From positions 1 through 56,383 of the IMG/VR virus record IMGVR_UViG_3300021185_001079: DNA of 56,383 bases; one strand, written 5' to 3'. The translations under genes were made by a program, and so were the position numbers. The notes beneath the pieces are model-generated. The model was not told where the DNA came from. It saw only the letters and a list, made by a program, of their open reading frames with translations, and did no database searches. This DNA is from a virus (Duplodnaviria > Caudoviricetes). Every line of letters starts with the position of its first letter. Positions within the stretch are counted from its first letter, which is position 1. Of this stretch, positions 55,740 to 56,383 are shown one piece after another.

Positions 55740-56383
55740 GGCCTTAACAGCGGGGCCTATTGTGTGTATATACTAGTAGTGTAGTGTTGTCAAGAGCCTA
55801 TAGTAGTACTAGTAGTAGAGTGTTGTGTAGTAGTAACACTAGTAGTACTAGTAGTAAGCACAGTGTACAAGTTACTAGTAGTGTAGAGCAAATTAGGTGT
55901 TGACCTTTGAATAGCTAGACAGTACAAGTGTGCTGTAGACACTAACAAAAAGGTGCTTGTAGAGTGAAATTAGGGTGTTGCAATGGTGAATAAATGGTGT
56001 TAAACTCAGTTTCAATGTGGATTAATCGTGGATTTCTTCAACGGTTAGCCAGATTTGCATAGGATATAAAAATTTCTTGAGCAAGGTGACGATAGGCATA
56101 GTTCAAATACTTTTCCTACTTTTCCTACTTTTCCTACTTTGCTCTACCATCCTCTACTGCTGTCTAGATCTCTACTACTCGTGTTAACAGCGGGGCCTAT
56201 ATACTACTAGTACTGTGATCTACACTAGTATAGTTCTACTCTTTACTACTAGTAGTGTATTCGATTATATCTAGGTGTGTGCGCTTGCGCAGTGTATATA
56301 CGTGTGTGTACATATGTGCAACTAGTACAGCAGCGGGGCCTATACTATGTTGTTTTCTTATACTCAGCTACATCTACATCCCA
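55740..56383. repeat. Non-coding low-complexity region (ACTAGTAGT units, TACTTTTCC x3, CAGCGGGGCCTAT x3)
   Basis: Seen directly; no ORF of 60 aa or more in the track. Confidence 0.7.

Noticed and set aside
1-56383. Stop-codon reassignment
   Set aside because: Core genes are full length in the standard code and end in TAA, TAG or TGA; no suppressor tRNA seen.

Overview
This is a 56 kb piece of a large, distantly T4-related myovirus genome, with gene order resembling Rak2/GAP32/Atu_ph07-type jumbo phages. A marine alphaproteobacterial host is plausible but is inference only. 1-14.3 kb (+): tail tube, tail fibre, head completion nuclease, probable internal head proteins, a MetF-like gene, terminase large subunit, gp32 SSB, UvsX and UvsY. 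14.3-36 kb: a glycan-modification island (GT17, GT34, GT8, GT-A paralogs, five KpsS/KpsC-like paralogs, pyruvyltransferase-like, methyltransferases, KdsA, KdsB, sulfotransferase) mixed with UvsW, peptide deformylase and a miniature DnaE. 37-41 kb: primase and DnaB-type helicase. 41-55.7 kb (-): about 35 small early genes, most preceded by a repeated sigma70 promoter/stem-loop/RBS cassette, plus four tRNAs. The most striking signal is a set of islands in the early region that avoid the dinucleotides GA/TC and GG/CC on both strands. By eye, 42698-43480 has none at all; it encodes a 172-aa protein with no Asp, Glu, Gly, Pro or Trp, and its promoters and RBSs lack these dinucleotides too. Other signals: a multi-hairpin RNA with GCCCUCA loops, a polar CAGCGGGGCCT motif, and TAAATA-N4-ATG leaderless late genes. 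All calls come from motif recognition; no searches were run.
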